Below, piece by piece: positions 37,541 through 49,761 of a stretch of 64,000 nt of DNA. Below the pieces are notes generated by a model, which was not told the origin of the DNA, searched no databases, and saw nothing but the letters and a program-made list of their open reading frames with translations. The stretch comes from Heteronotia binoei (Eukaryota). The stretch lies in NCBI RefSeq assembly GCF_032191835.1, contig NC_083236.1:15996001-16060000 (forward strand). The letters run 5' to 3'. A program made the translations under genes and the position numbers. Positions within the stretch are counted from its first letter, which is position 1, and the number at the start of each line of letters is the position of its first letter.

Positions 37541-37880
37541 TGGTTATGCCAATAAAGGTTTTGTGATGATGAAATGTTTGTGCATATGTGTATGGATGTA
37601 TGGACTAAAATAGGCAATGGAGAGAGGGTTGTAGCGCTCATGTGCTCTTGTCCTCACAAGAAATTCACTGTGCTGCAAGGCACATATTCCAAAAATGAAT
37701 TGAAAATTGTTAAAGCTCATGTGGTTAAATGTATCAGTAAAACAATATTAGTATTACATGTATTATTATATGATATCACTTTTATGTCTGATTTTAATTC
37801 AGAACTTAATGTTAAACAAATCAAAGAATGCATGGGTCTGCACTATAAAATGAAGACAGTAGAAATGAATTATAATATTA

Positions 37881-38068
37881 AAAGCAAGTTGCAACCGACA
37901 TAGTGAACTCTCCTGGGGTTTTCAAGTCAAGAGCTGAGCAGAAGTGGATTGTCTTTGCCCTCCTCAGCATAACAACCCGTGTCTTCCTTGGTGGACTCCT
38001 ATCCCAATAATAACAATGGCCAATCCTGCTTAGTTTCTGAGCTCTGGCAAGCTTGGCTAGTCTGGGCC
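37881..38068 (-). mobile_element. 5S rRNA-derived SINE with BovB-type tail, 11-bp TSD
   Basis: Minus strand GCTCAGAAACTAAGCAGGATTGGCC...GGGATAGGAGTCCACCAAGGAAGAC resembles the 5S A/IE/C boxes. TSD TTATAATATTA at 37870-37880 and 38069-38079. Confidence 0.7.
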
Positions 38069-38226
38069 TTATAATATTAGGACTTATTATAAGGAGCAAA
38101 GTAAGTAAGCAGTAAATAAGCCTGCTGAGAAAACAGCACTAATGCATCTGGGGAAAGAAGGCACAGATTTGTATTTTGAATAATCCTTACAATTGCTATG
38201 TAGAAATATAAGAAAAATTGTCACTG

Positions 38227-38268
38227 TGCAGTTCTTTATGTGGACTCGTGGTGTCACTGTTGGACAAC
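38227..38268 (+). promoter_or_regulatory. CSE/CTCF-type site, gene 5 (CACT variant)
   Basis: GGTGTCACTGTTGGACAAC with CACT at 38255. TGCAGTT 28 bp upstream. 216 bp before the ATG. Confidence 0.8.
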
Positions 38269-38470
38269 AGGGGAGCATTTCAGGCTCCTGCAAAAGTATC
38301 GTAATCTGATCAGAAAACAGAAGGTAGCTTTATTTTAAAAGCACATCCAAAAGAGGAATTTTCTTCATTTCCTAAGGATCAACAAATGACTGCACTGCTA
38401 ACACCTTACTGCTAAGAATAGGATATTTGAAAATCTGAGGGGGGAAATCCCAGGAAAGGAAATTAATGAA

Positions 38471-40891
38471 ATGAGGGTGATGGAAAATAGAAATGCAGAG
38501 ACAACGAGGAAGATAAAAAGGCAAGTACTCTTTCTGTTCATATTCTTGTCTTTTTTCTGTCAAGTGCTGTCTCAGCCGATTCACTATTCAATTTTAGAGG
38601 AAACAGAAAAGGGCTCTCTTGTGGGGAATCTTGGAAAAGATTTAGGATTGGATGCTAAAGAGCTGTCAAAACGCAAGCTTGGTATCTCTTCAGAAAAGCA
38701 ATATTTCACTCTTAATGAGCAAAATGGCAACCTGTATGTGAATGACAGGATAGACCGAGAAGAAATTTGTGGGAAATCACCCTCTTGTGTCCTAAAATTA
38801 GAAGCTGTGGTTCACAGCCCTTTGAATGTATTTCACATACAAGTTTTGATTAAAGACATTAATGATAATGCCCCACATTTCCAGAAAGACAATATTGAAC
38901 TTAAAGTGAGTGAATCAAGTCTGCCAGGAGCTCTGTTTGTCCTTGGAAATGCTGAAGACAAGGACATTGGAGTCAATACTCTTCAGAACTATCATTTGAG
39001 CCCAACTCCTTATTTCAAACTAGAAATCAAAGACAGCAAGGATGGGGGCAAATATGCAGAATTAATATTGCAAAAACAATTGGATAGGGAAAAAGAACAA
39101 GCGCTTCACTTGGTCCTTACAGCTCTGGATGGGGGAGATCCAATAAGATCCGGAACAGCAAACATACATGTTACTGTTACTGATGTCAATGACAATGTAC
39201 CTGTTTTTGACCAGGAAACCTACAAAGTAAGCCTGAAGGAGAATACACCCAGAGGAACTTCCATAGTTCAGGTTAAAGCATTTGACAGTGATGAAGGAAC
39301 AAATGCTGAAATAACTTACACTTTCAGCAACATCCTAGAAAGTAGCAAACAGAAATTCAACCTGGATCCACATGATGGAACAATTACGCTTACAGAGAGT
39401 ATTGATTTTGAGGAAAGTCAAAGTTATATAGGGATAATACAGGCCATTGATGGGGGTGGTTTCATGACACATTGCAAACTGGAGATTGAGGTTTTAGACC
39501 AGAATGACAGTCCTCCAGAAGTAGTACTTACTTCTGTATCCAGTCCAATTCCTGAAGACTCCATGCCTGGAACTGTTATTGCTTTGCTGAAGGTTCATGA
39601 CAAGGATTCTGGAGAGAATGGGGAAGTCACTTGCCATCTCAGAGAACTTGTACCTTTTCAGATAGTTTCATCTACAGATAATTACTTCAAACTTCTCACG
39701 GATAGTTACCTTGACAGAGAAAAAATTCCAGAGTATAACATTACAATTATAGCCACAGATAAAGGCATCCCTCCGCTCTCTACATACAAAACCATCTCTC
39801 TAAAGATCTCAGATATCAATGATAACTCTCCAGTCTTCGAAATGCCCTCCTATACCGCTTACGTGCCAGAGAACAACCCTTCCGGATCGTCCATTTTCAG
39901 TGTCAAGGCCTCTGACCCAGATGAGGATCGCAATGCACAAATCACTTACTCCATCCTCAAGAGTAACATTGAGGACCTGCCTCTCTCCTCCTACCTCTCT
40001 ATTAATTCTGAGACTGGCACCATTTATGCACAGCGCTCCTTTGACTATGAGCAATTCAGAGAGTTTCAGATTCAAGTGCGGGCCCAAGATGGAGGCTCCC
40101 CACCCCTCAATAGCAGCACCATAGTGAGAGTATGTATTCTGGATCAGAATGATAATACTCCACAGATCCTCTATCCTTCCCAAGGAACTGAAAGTTCCTC
40201 TTTGTTTGAGATGGTGCCTCGGACGGCTGAATTTGGTTATCTGGTGACCAAAGTGGTGGCAGTGGATGCTGACTCTGGACACAATGCGTGGCTCTCTTTC
40301 CACCTGCTGCAGGCCACAGAACCCTCTCTTTTCACCATTGGGTTCCACACAGGAGAGATCAAAACAGCCCGAGAATTACTGGAGAGAGAAGCTGTGAAGC
40401 AGAGGCTGGTTATTATGGTGAAGGACAACGGACAATCTCCTCTCTCAGCAACTGTGACTCTGAACCTTGTTTTTGCTGAGAACTTCCAAGAAGCGCTTCC
40501 AGAAATGAACACTCAACCCAGTGATTCAGACTCTCAGTCTGATCTCCAGTTTTATTTGGTTCTGGCTTTGGCCTTGTTGTCCTTCCTATTCCTTGTGACA
40601 GTAACACTGACCATTATGATGAAACTCCGACGGTCAAGGAACCCCACCTTTCTCCAGTGCTTTATTCCTGATGCAAAGACTGGTGCCATTTACCCTCCCA
40701 ATTATGAGGATGGGACTTTGCCATATTCATACCAGGTCTGCCTGTCTTCTGAATCTAGAAGAAATGAGTTAACTTTCTTGCAGCCTACTGTCCAAATAGC
40801 AGAGAATATCCTCTGTAATGTAAAATCTGATATTTCCATGATGCTGAGTGGAGATAACAATTTTGATGGTAAAACAGAGAATGTGGAGCAG
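38471..40891 (+). CDS. PCDHGB: Protocadherin gamma B-type variable exon (gene 5)
   Basis: 807 codons (alternative ATG at 38480). Phase-0 donor CAG|GTAAGT. Close paralog of gene 2. Confidence 0.95.
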
Positions 40892-41422
40892 GTAAGTTCT
40901 GGATCATGAAGTTTCTCTCATGATTAATTTAATGGGTATTGCTTGTTTGAATGAAATTTGTTTCTGCCATTCTTGTTGCTCTTGAAAAGTGCTCTACAAC
41001 TAATGACTGTGATTTGTTTGTATACAAATAACCTATAAAGCAAGGGCCATATTCTCAGAAGGAAATATCTGTTTAGGTTCTATTAATCTGGAGAAATAAC
41101 TAGTACTTCAGTTTTTATTATGGCCCACAGGCCATTCACAAGCAAACACCATTAATCTTAAAATAACTAATAGCTGAAATGTTAGACTCTGGGTAGATTA
41201 TACACAGGTTACCATGGCTCATATTTTCATTACAGCAAGCAGAAATTAGCCGTAGATACGTTAGCTGTTTGGTCAGCCTCTGCCAGTAAAATTTTGAGAA
41301 TCTTCTGCTCAGAGAACAGTTTTTTAATCAATCAACACAGGTTCCAGTAAATCCTGCTACAAGACTCTTTTCTACTGCTACAGGCAAATTAACCCTAACA
41401 CATCTTCACCAGTAAATCGAAG

Positions 41423-41545
41423 CATGAAAAAGTGAGCAGTGACTCACAAAACCTCCTACCCTGCCACAAATTTTGTTGTTTTTAAAGGTGTTAACTGGAC
41501 TCTTGCTCTTTTCTGCTGCTACAGGCAGACTAACATGGCTCTCCA
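41423..41545 (+). mobile_element. Penelope-like pLTR fragment with decayed hammerhead core
   Basis: CATGAAAAAGTGAGCAGTGACTCACAAAACCTCCTA...TTTAAAGGTGTTAACTGGACTCTTG...AGACTAACATGGCT. Confidence 0.6.
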
Positions 41546-44179
41546 TCTTGGTGTAGATGACATGGTATTATATCTTCCTGTCAAGAGTGCAGATGGTAGC
41601 AATTTAAATCAAGTCACCATAAACACATTGTGATCCTGTGGATCAGTTAATATTGATTACATGCATATTGTTGAATAGTAGGGAGTACACATATCATAGG
41701 CTTAGGCCAATGTTCCTTGAAAGTTGATATCCATTATATCATCTTTGAGGTTTTATTGTGTGATGATACTTGTTGGTACTGTTACTGCTGCTGGCTTCTG
41801 CTGTAATAAATGTTTGGATTTGGAATGGGATTTGGTATTGAATACTGGCACCTTTTTCCAGGTCCTCATAAATCCTGATGGGGGAATTGTTTGGGGGGGG
41901 GGGGGATGAAATTATGGGTTACGTCATTTAACCAACTAATTTCAAAGTATAATTTTAATTCATCCACAATTTTTTTTTGTTTTAAAGGTCTTTTAAAAAA
42001 TAAGTTATCCACTCTCCAAGTAATTCTTACATTATTGTAAAATTCAAGTTTTAAACGAATTATCGTATGATCTGGGTATATAATAGAACCAGTATCCATG
42101 GAATTATACATATTGATATAACAGCCTGGATATTAAAGATGGAGTTATATTGTATGAAACTCAGAAAAAATTAAAATCCTTCAGCTTTCAATGTGAACTT
42201 CTCCATAAATCCTCTATCATATAACCATATATTCTCAAGAATTTTTAGGTTGTTAAATGATCGCCATGAAGATTTTTTGAAAAGCATTTTCCTAGGTCTG
42301 GAGTGTTTCATCTCATCTTCAGATACCAGTCTACACCTTGGATCAATTCTCCTTCTGGAAATTGTATGAAAGTTTCAGTCAATGTCTGTGTTTATATATT
42401 TGTGTGTGTGCAGGTATTTCTCTAGATTTTTATTGGTAGTTTAATAATGAATCTTGAGAGACTGAAAAAGATTAAAGGCAAGAAGGGATTGATGTGGTGG
42501 AGGAGGAAAAGAGGGGGGGAAAGGTAGAAAAAGTTGCTTGTACTACTAGTACTAGTATTATGTTTGTTCATGAACTTTAACAATGGTTGGCATTCTCATT
42601 TATACCCTCTAATTCATAGTAGCCTTTTATATTTAAGATTGAAGATTATTGTGTGGAGAGAGAGATGATGGATGGATGCTTGGAGGGTGGGAACTTTAAT
42701 GGCTATACCTTCTTTCTCTTCAGAAAACATCTGGGCAATAATTTCCTGGGAACTTTAGGTATATGAAGAAATTTTTACTCCTCCAACTGCCGCCATCTCT
42801 CTCTGTAGGTTCAAAGTGTCCTGATTGGCTGCTTCTGGCTTCTCTAATGCACAGTCAGGGTAAAAGGGGGAATAAGGAAAAAAAGGGATGGACTTAGCGT
42901 GGTGCGTCACAGTCAGCGCCATGGAACTTTGTCATCTAAGTTCTGATAAGAGCTCAATTAAAGTAGCAGTTTTAAAATATGGACTTTACTGTTTAGAAGA
43001 AGAGCTTTTTAAAGGTCTACACAGTGGATTATGATGACAATATAAATTCTTATTAATTAGGATTAATATTATTAAAGGTTTGGTTGATTTTAATGATTAA
43101 TGCATATATAATATTATGGGTAGGGATGTTTATACCTAGTGTTTACTTCTTCAAATATTTAATCTAACTATATTAAATTATTCCTGTTAAAGTCTATGCT
43201 CACACAATAAAATTACATTGCTACTATCTATGGTGTCTAGTCAGAGTTTGGTCATATGTACATTGGTTGGATGCTGTATTCATTCATTTATTTTTCATTT
43301 TCATGACACACCCTACTGCCATATGTTATACTGTTTGACCTTTTTTTATCTATGTTTGCAAAAAAACAAACCCAAAAGCATTTTTTCCTTCTATTAGTAC
43401 TAGCGTTGCCAGGGTGCAGCTGGCACTCCCCGGGAGAGAAATAGGAGAAGAGACCTTGTATTGGAGGCCTAGTGTTTGAGTGCTGCACGAGCATGCTTAC
43501 ATCATTTCTGGTAAAAATAAATGCAGGTCACGTGTTGGACATTCTAGCATTGTGGGGAGAAAACTTGGTATTCTAAAAAGCACTTGGGGAAGACAGGCAG
43601 TAGGCAAGTGACCATTGCTCCAGAGGCACATAAGGCATTAAACTGTCACTGAGCAGGAGACACAGAGGCAAGACCAAAGAACTTGGAAAGGAAACTGGGA
43701 GCTCTGACCCTCCCCATGGGTAATTCTGTACAAAGGTCAGGTGGTGATGGTTGTGTGTTACTGGAAAGAGAGAGAGAGAGAAGGCCAGGTGCTGAGAAAA
43801 ACTCAGGCAGGCAGGGTGGAAACAGGGCCTTCAGGTCAAAACAGGCACGTTCTATCACATACCTCAACAGCAATACTTGAGTATATATCAGACAAGAGAG
43901 GAAAATCATTTCCAAAATAGACTGTTTTGTACCCTTTTGAATTCATTCTGATATGAAAAACATACATTGAACAGTCTCCACTTCCATTAATAATTCAGTA
44001 ACTGACGTCAGGAAGGAAGTCAAGTTTTAATACTGCAGGGATACAGCACAATTGTTTATAGCTTTGCTCTGAATTAAACAAAAAGAATTTCAATGGTTTC
44101 TTTTTTCTTTTTGAATGAGGTAAAAATGTATTGGTTTGTGCTTGAATGGCTGACCCAAACTCAAAAGCAATACGTATTT

Positions 44180-44620
44180 GAAATAGAAAATCCCATTCTA
44201 CACAATCTATGGCTTTTTTTCTGCATCAATAATTGTGTGAGTAGCTTTGCAACTTAAAAAAAATACAAAATATAGAATAATAAAAAATTACACATCACAC
44301 AAATACATCCATATGCCATTATACAAGAAAAAAAGAATGTATATGTCTAACCATGTACATTTTAACTCATTCTTAACTTCATTTAGTGAATTGTACAAAG
44401 GATTGGTCTTGAGACCAATCTTTTCTTTCCCTCATATACTTGTGTGGCGAGCTTATCCATTAACATCACATATCCAATTCTCTAAATAAATCCTTTATCT
44501 TTGTAACAGCCTGGTTGAAACACCAAGTTCCATTCTACATAATCTAAGGCCTTTTTTCTGCATCAATAGTTGTAAAAGTAGCTTTTAGCTTTTCCCATAA
44601 CTTACATTAACTATCTTTCT
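44180..44620 (-). mobile_element. Rearranged old L1 fragments
   Basis: Two similar ~65-bp blocks (44188-44252, 44524-44588) whose minus strand recalls RT motif IDAEKAxDxVEW, next to an MDKL-like C-terminal remnant. Confidence 0.4.
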
Positions 44621-45847
44621 AGTAGTAATGACTAAAAGAGCTATCCTAAGCAGGGTTTTCAGTGTTTACAGTTCAGCCCTAACAACACTTTCTTGGGAGC
44701 AAATTCCAACCTTGAATAAAATTCCTATTATCTTAATACCCTGTGACTGCATTCCTAAGGGGACATTTCTGGAAGTAATATCTATTCAATAAGATGAGAC
44801 TTCTGAATCGGCCTGCTTAGTCTTGCTCCCAGGTAAACTGCTGCAAAAGTTTATGGTTACATTTAACAAGTGAGATAGACTGATATTAACTTACATGGTG
44901 CAAAACTTAATTAGGTTTCAGGATATATGAATTTGAAACATCCTTTCTGAAACTATGGCATTCATTGTGTCACTTAATGGATCATAACTTGTAGAGATAA
45001 ACACCTTAAAAAAGGGAACTCATCTGAGAAAGGCCTAACATTAGATAGGCTGACTCAATAGAGGAAACCATACCTTCAGTTTGCAAGACCTGAGGAAGAC
45101 TGTTATTGATACAGACTTTTGGAGGTAATTAATTCATTTGAAAACAAAAGCACACACATCTGGACATAAACTTTTCTATAATTATGAGGTTTGATTGACA
45201 AATGCAGAGCTCAAAAATTTCACCATATTTAAAGCTTTGCAAAATTTAAGTGTTTGAAGTAGACTTTTGAAATTGGACTTTGGGGGAAATTCCTTCATTC
45301 CATGTACCTAGGAGTAAATTCCACTAATCAGTGGAAATAAATTTAGAAGAACTATGTGTAGGAGTAGACAGTATAGCAAGTTTTATTAATGTCAGTGTTA
45401 AATATCATTATTAAATTGTTTTATATTTTGATTTTTTCCCTTAAGAGTCTTGTCCCAGAATTCTTATTTTTCCAAGTTTATTTATACTAGAAATTCCTTA
45501 ACAAATTAGACCTTAGTCTCCAAGCATCTTCTTCACACATTAACCAAGCCATTCAGCCCCAGCCATCCTAGATGTTTCTTTATATAATAGATTAGATATA
45601 ATGACCAAAGCAATTACTCCCCCACCATTAAGCTCCACTGAGCACAGCCTTGAGCCTCCAGTGAAACTGATGATAGATAGATCAGTAGAAACATAATAAT
45701 GGATGAATCTTGGCATATGTGAGGGAAAAGCCTTTCCTATCTGTATGTGTGCTAACCCACAGATACGCATCTCTGTGTGTATGTGTGTGCACACGTGTAC
45801 ACACACTGGCACTCAGTTTGATAAAAAAGAGTATTCACTCAGTAGAT

Positions 45848-46124
45848 GAAGAAGAATTGCAGATTTATACCCCACCCTTCTTTCTGAATCAGAGACTCAG
45901 AACGTTTTACAATCTCCTTTATCTTCTCCCCCCACAACAGACACCCTGTGAGGTGGGTGGGACTGAGAGGGCTCTCACAGCAGCTGCCCTTTCAAGGACA
46001 ACCTCTGCAATAGCTATGGCTAACCCAAGGCCATTCCAGCCGGTGCAAGTGGAGGAGTGGGGAATCAAACCTGGTTCTCCCAGATAAGAGTCCACACACT
46101 TAACCACTATACCAAACGGGCTCC
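45848..46124 (-). mobile_element. Squam3-like SINE
   Basis: Same consensus as 2581-2862. Confidence 0.85.
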
Positions 46125-46286
46125 CAGTAAAGCTTAAAAATGCTATTTTAATTGTTTGATTATCATGGTGATATTGATAGGCTTAGAGCTTTTATTTTCG
46201 CAATCTTGCAAAGCAGGGAGTTCACATCTGAAATAATTATTTGTTGATTACAGTTTGAAGAAGGCTGTTATTTCCTAGGTGGTACA

Positions 46287-46744
46287 TGTCAGACAATAGG
46301 ATCTCAAATCAACCAGTCTTTGAAGTTGAAACAAAGTTAGGATTTATTTGATAATTCATACATAGAGCGATGAAACATTGGGACTGATACTCTGTAGCAT
46401 TTGGGATCAGGCTTTAAGGAGTATACATCAAAAGTTTATTACACAAAGCCACAATGCAAAACATTGCTGCACTGAGGTGCCAGGATTCACACGGGTTTCT
46501 CTCTTATCTGCTGTGGCTGGTTACTTCTCAGAGACAGCCAAATGGTCGTCCCTGAGGCGCTTTATCTTCAAAGGACAATTGCTGTTTTTAGTGGAGGGAG
46601 GGAGGGATGTTCACATAAGACACTAGCAACAATCTGCATTCTCTGCTTTGATATGCAAGGCTTTTCTCATGGTTAGTAACATTGGTTCAAGATGGCTACA
46701 GTTCAGCTAAGCATGCATTTCAGTATAGGTTACATTGTCTGACA
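46287..46744 (-). mobile_element. Solo LTR (458 bp) with 5-bp TSD
   Basis: Perfect 11-bp terminal inverted repeats TGTCAGACAAT / ATTGTCTGACA (TG...CA). GTACA on both flanks (46282-46286, 46745-46749). AATAAA on minus at 46343-46348 near the 3' end. Confidence 0.85.
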
Positions 46745-47369
46745 GTACAATAGAAAAAAGGGGGACTTTAAAGCAGAGCTTCAACAAAAATAAAGTCAGG
46801 GTAAAACTGTCAATACTCACTGCTTTAACAAGACATTTATTACAGGACAATTATTATAAGATGATTATTATAAGGTAATCAAAATATATGTTCTGCAAAA
46901 TATGTTTGCAGAACTCGTACATTTTACACTTCATTCATTAGAGCCCACAGCAAGGACCCATAGAACACATGCAGTCTCAGGTGCAACATTCCAAAGAGAC
47001 TGCAGGGAACTCATTCCCAAGTGTAATGATCGTTCAACGGAGTCTACAGGCAACTCATTTACAAATTAGAATTTATTGCAGTCTGCAGGAGATTAATTCA
47101 GCAATTGTGCATATAGGCACTTTTAAAGGTTCCACAAAAAAAAGGCACAAAATCCTCACATCGCATCTAGGTTGGAGCAAAATGTTTTATAAAAATAGGA
47201 AGATATATATAGAGGGATTATTAAAATTTGAGCAGAAATATTTTGGTTTCTGAAACATGTCATTGAATACGAAAGAATATTAGGTCCACTGGAAAGATAA
47301 TAATATTCACTCTGAAATCCCACCATTGCTACATGATTTCCATAATGTACAAGCTTTGCAGAATTATTT

Positions 47370-47800
47370 ATTAAAATATTTACATCCCATCTATCCCCGT
47401 GGCTTAAGAAAGCTTACAGATTCAAATTTAAATTACATTTCAAACTCCACAAATAACACCTCCAATACCTGCAGCCTGTAACCCATTAAAAGTCCTGGCA
47501 GATAGAATAGCCTTGCAGCACGTCCTGAACATTTCTAGAGAAGGCTCTGCCTACCTCCTCAGCAATCCTATTCCATAGGATGGGAGGTATAACGGGAAAA
47601 GCATAGGCTTTGGTTAATGCCAGGTGATTCAACCAGCAGGGGACAGTCTGTGCAGCCAGGGAACAGTGTACCAATGGTCGCTATACAGGGGCATATGGGG
47701 AAGGCAGTCCTTTAGCTATCAGGATCCTTGGATGTAAAAGGCTTTAAAGGTCATAACCTGCATGTTGAATTGATCTTGGAAACAAAACAATAGCCAATGT
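47370..47800 (-). mobile_element. Old L2 fragment
   Basis: Minus strand remnants AFPVIPPILWNRIAEEV and L2 tail-like GTAAGCTTTCTTAAGCC. Confidence 0.5.
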
Positions 47801-47924
47801 AGCTGTTTTAAAATAGGTGAGATTCTGAGCTAACCTCTATGAGATGTCTGCCATCAATCACAATTGGTTTTTTTCTGTAATTATTTATTGTCCATGTTAA
47901 CTTTCTATGTTGATTATGTTGTAC

Positions 47925-48025
47925 ATCACCCTGAGCCCTTCAGGGGAGAATGATTTATAAATTTTAATAATAATAATAATAATAATGATGATGATGATGA
48001 TGATGATGATGATAATGACAACAAT
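47925..48025 (+). repeat. L2 tail followed by (AAT)n(GAT)n microsatellite
   Basis: CACCCTGAGCCCTTCAGGGGAGAATG then trinucleotide runs. Confidence 0.75.
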
Positions 48026-48029
48026 AACA

Positions 48030-48380
48030 AGGCTGCATTTTGCTGCCATTTCCAAGTTTTCTTCAAGGTTAAGAGTACATTACAGTAAACCATCCTCAAG
48101 ATTACAAATGTATGGATCAGCTTGGACAGATTGGGTGAATCTAAACAAAGAGACAGCAAATCAAATGAAGTGGATAGAAGGCACTCTTGGCCACTGCTTT
48201 CTGACTTAGCATTACCTCCATCTTGTCTGGACGCAGCTTCAGCTGGTTTTGCCTTAGCCACCTGAGCATGCCCTCAGAGCACCAGTTCAGAGCTAAGACC
48301 ACCACATTTGGAAGTATAGATAATAAAATGTAGAGCTGGTGCCAGCTGTATATTGATAACATCAAGCCTTAACAATCTAG
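48030..48380 (-). mobile_element. L2 ORF2 fragment
   Basis: LRWLRQNQLKLRPDKMEVML, and minus-strand remnants of the L2 DYCN and QNAA motifs (frameshifted; LRMVYCNVLL..., QQNAA). Confidence 0.65.
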
Positions 48381-48822
48381 ACAGTTTCATTCAGCTGACT
48401 CATATAAATTCTGATGCATATGGGGGAGATAACAGAACCCCAAGACACTCCACAGAACAAAGCCCAACACATTGATTCTACTCCACCAGAAGCAAAATGC
48501 CTCCCTAATACTAACAACATAGTTGACGAATGTCTTATGTACCTTGTTTAGTAAACATCAACATTTCTCAGCTTTTGATAGAATTGTGAAATTGGGACCA
48601 ATCACGATCTTGCTGAAATCATGATATATCATTGTTACCATAAATAATGCCAAGCCTACTAGGGACAAAGTTTAACTTTTCAGTTTGGCATACTTAGCTA
48701 TTGTTTTCTTTCTCTATGTGTGTTTTGTACATTTCTCATCCATTCATCCCTGTGGCTGGATAAGCATCCTCTCTGCACACTACAAGACATTTGGTTTTCT
48801 GCTTTGCTCATGGACTCATTTC

Positions 48823-48981
48823 CAGGCCTCAGATTCAGCAGGAGCTCACAGGAGCACAGCTCCTGAACCTTTCTGTGGGTTCCCCCTCCTCCCCCCCACC
48901 TTGTCCATTGAATAGTAGGTGCAGCTGCATAACATTCCCTGGATGAGCTCCACCACCTATTTTTCTACAAAGCGACCCCTG
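48823..48981. mobile_element. hAT-type MITE
   Basis: CAGG...CCTG ends. 8-bp TSD CTCATTTC / CTTATTTC (7/8). Confidence 0.65.
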
Positions 48982-49554
48982 CTTATTTCTAATTCTTTAA
49001 TAAAATTTGAAATAAAATAATTTGGGTTTCTTCAGAACTACATGATTTGTGTGTTTCTTGGAAGGTATAAAGAAGGACATGATGTGTTTGATTTTCACCT
49101 GCCAGATGGTGAAGAAGTGAAATGTTTACTTTACTTCTTGCTGTTTTTAATTTAGAATGTCTGTTTTTGTTTTACTTTCTCTATGTAACTTTTGTTATTT
49201 AATGTTATGCATTTTGCCCTGATTTGTTCAAAACATATGTACTACTAGTAAGTCCCTCCTGGGTACTACACTACATAACATTGCCTGAGTCACATGACAG
49301 CCAGTTTTCTGTGAGCAGTTCCACATGGGTGGGATAACATTTAAATGACGCAAGCATACAAGTAAGCATTTGCACCACATTCTGTTTGTTCCAACATCGG
49401 TGAAAAATGGTCCCTCATCATTACAGAGTTATTTTTATTACAACAATAATCAGAAATAGTTTTGACAAAATATGGGCATGAATCAAGTGTTTATCCCAAA
49501 AAAGACGTATTTTATAATTGGAGCTATAAAACTCGAATTTTGATGAAAAGTATC

Positions 49555-49596
49555 TGCAGTACCTGGTTTATCCTCTGAGTGCTGCTGTTCACCCAT
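49555..49596 (+). promoter_or_regulatory. Degenerate CSE, gene 6 (TGCT core)
   Basis: TGCAGTACC at 49555. AGTGCTGCTGTTCACCCAT with the core position at 49583 (28-bp spacing), 179 bp before the ATG. Confidence 0.7.
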
Positions 49597-49761
49597 CTTC
49601 AGAGATGCATCCAATTTTGCCTTGCTGCTCAAGTACAGATCAGATTTGCACTGACTGATCCGGCGTGAAACCAAAGAAAGAGAATCTGCAGCAGAATATT
49701 CACAGGCATTCTTGGCAACGTGTTGCTGAAGATAAAATCAAGCCTTTGTGAAGTGGGGAAG

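Noticed and set aside
11048-38068. 5S rRNA genes at 11048-11231 and 37881-38068
   Set aside because: Diverged, 5'-incomplete and fused to a BovB-like tail, one with a TSD: these are SINEs.
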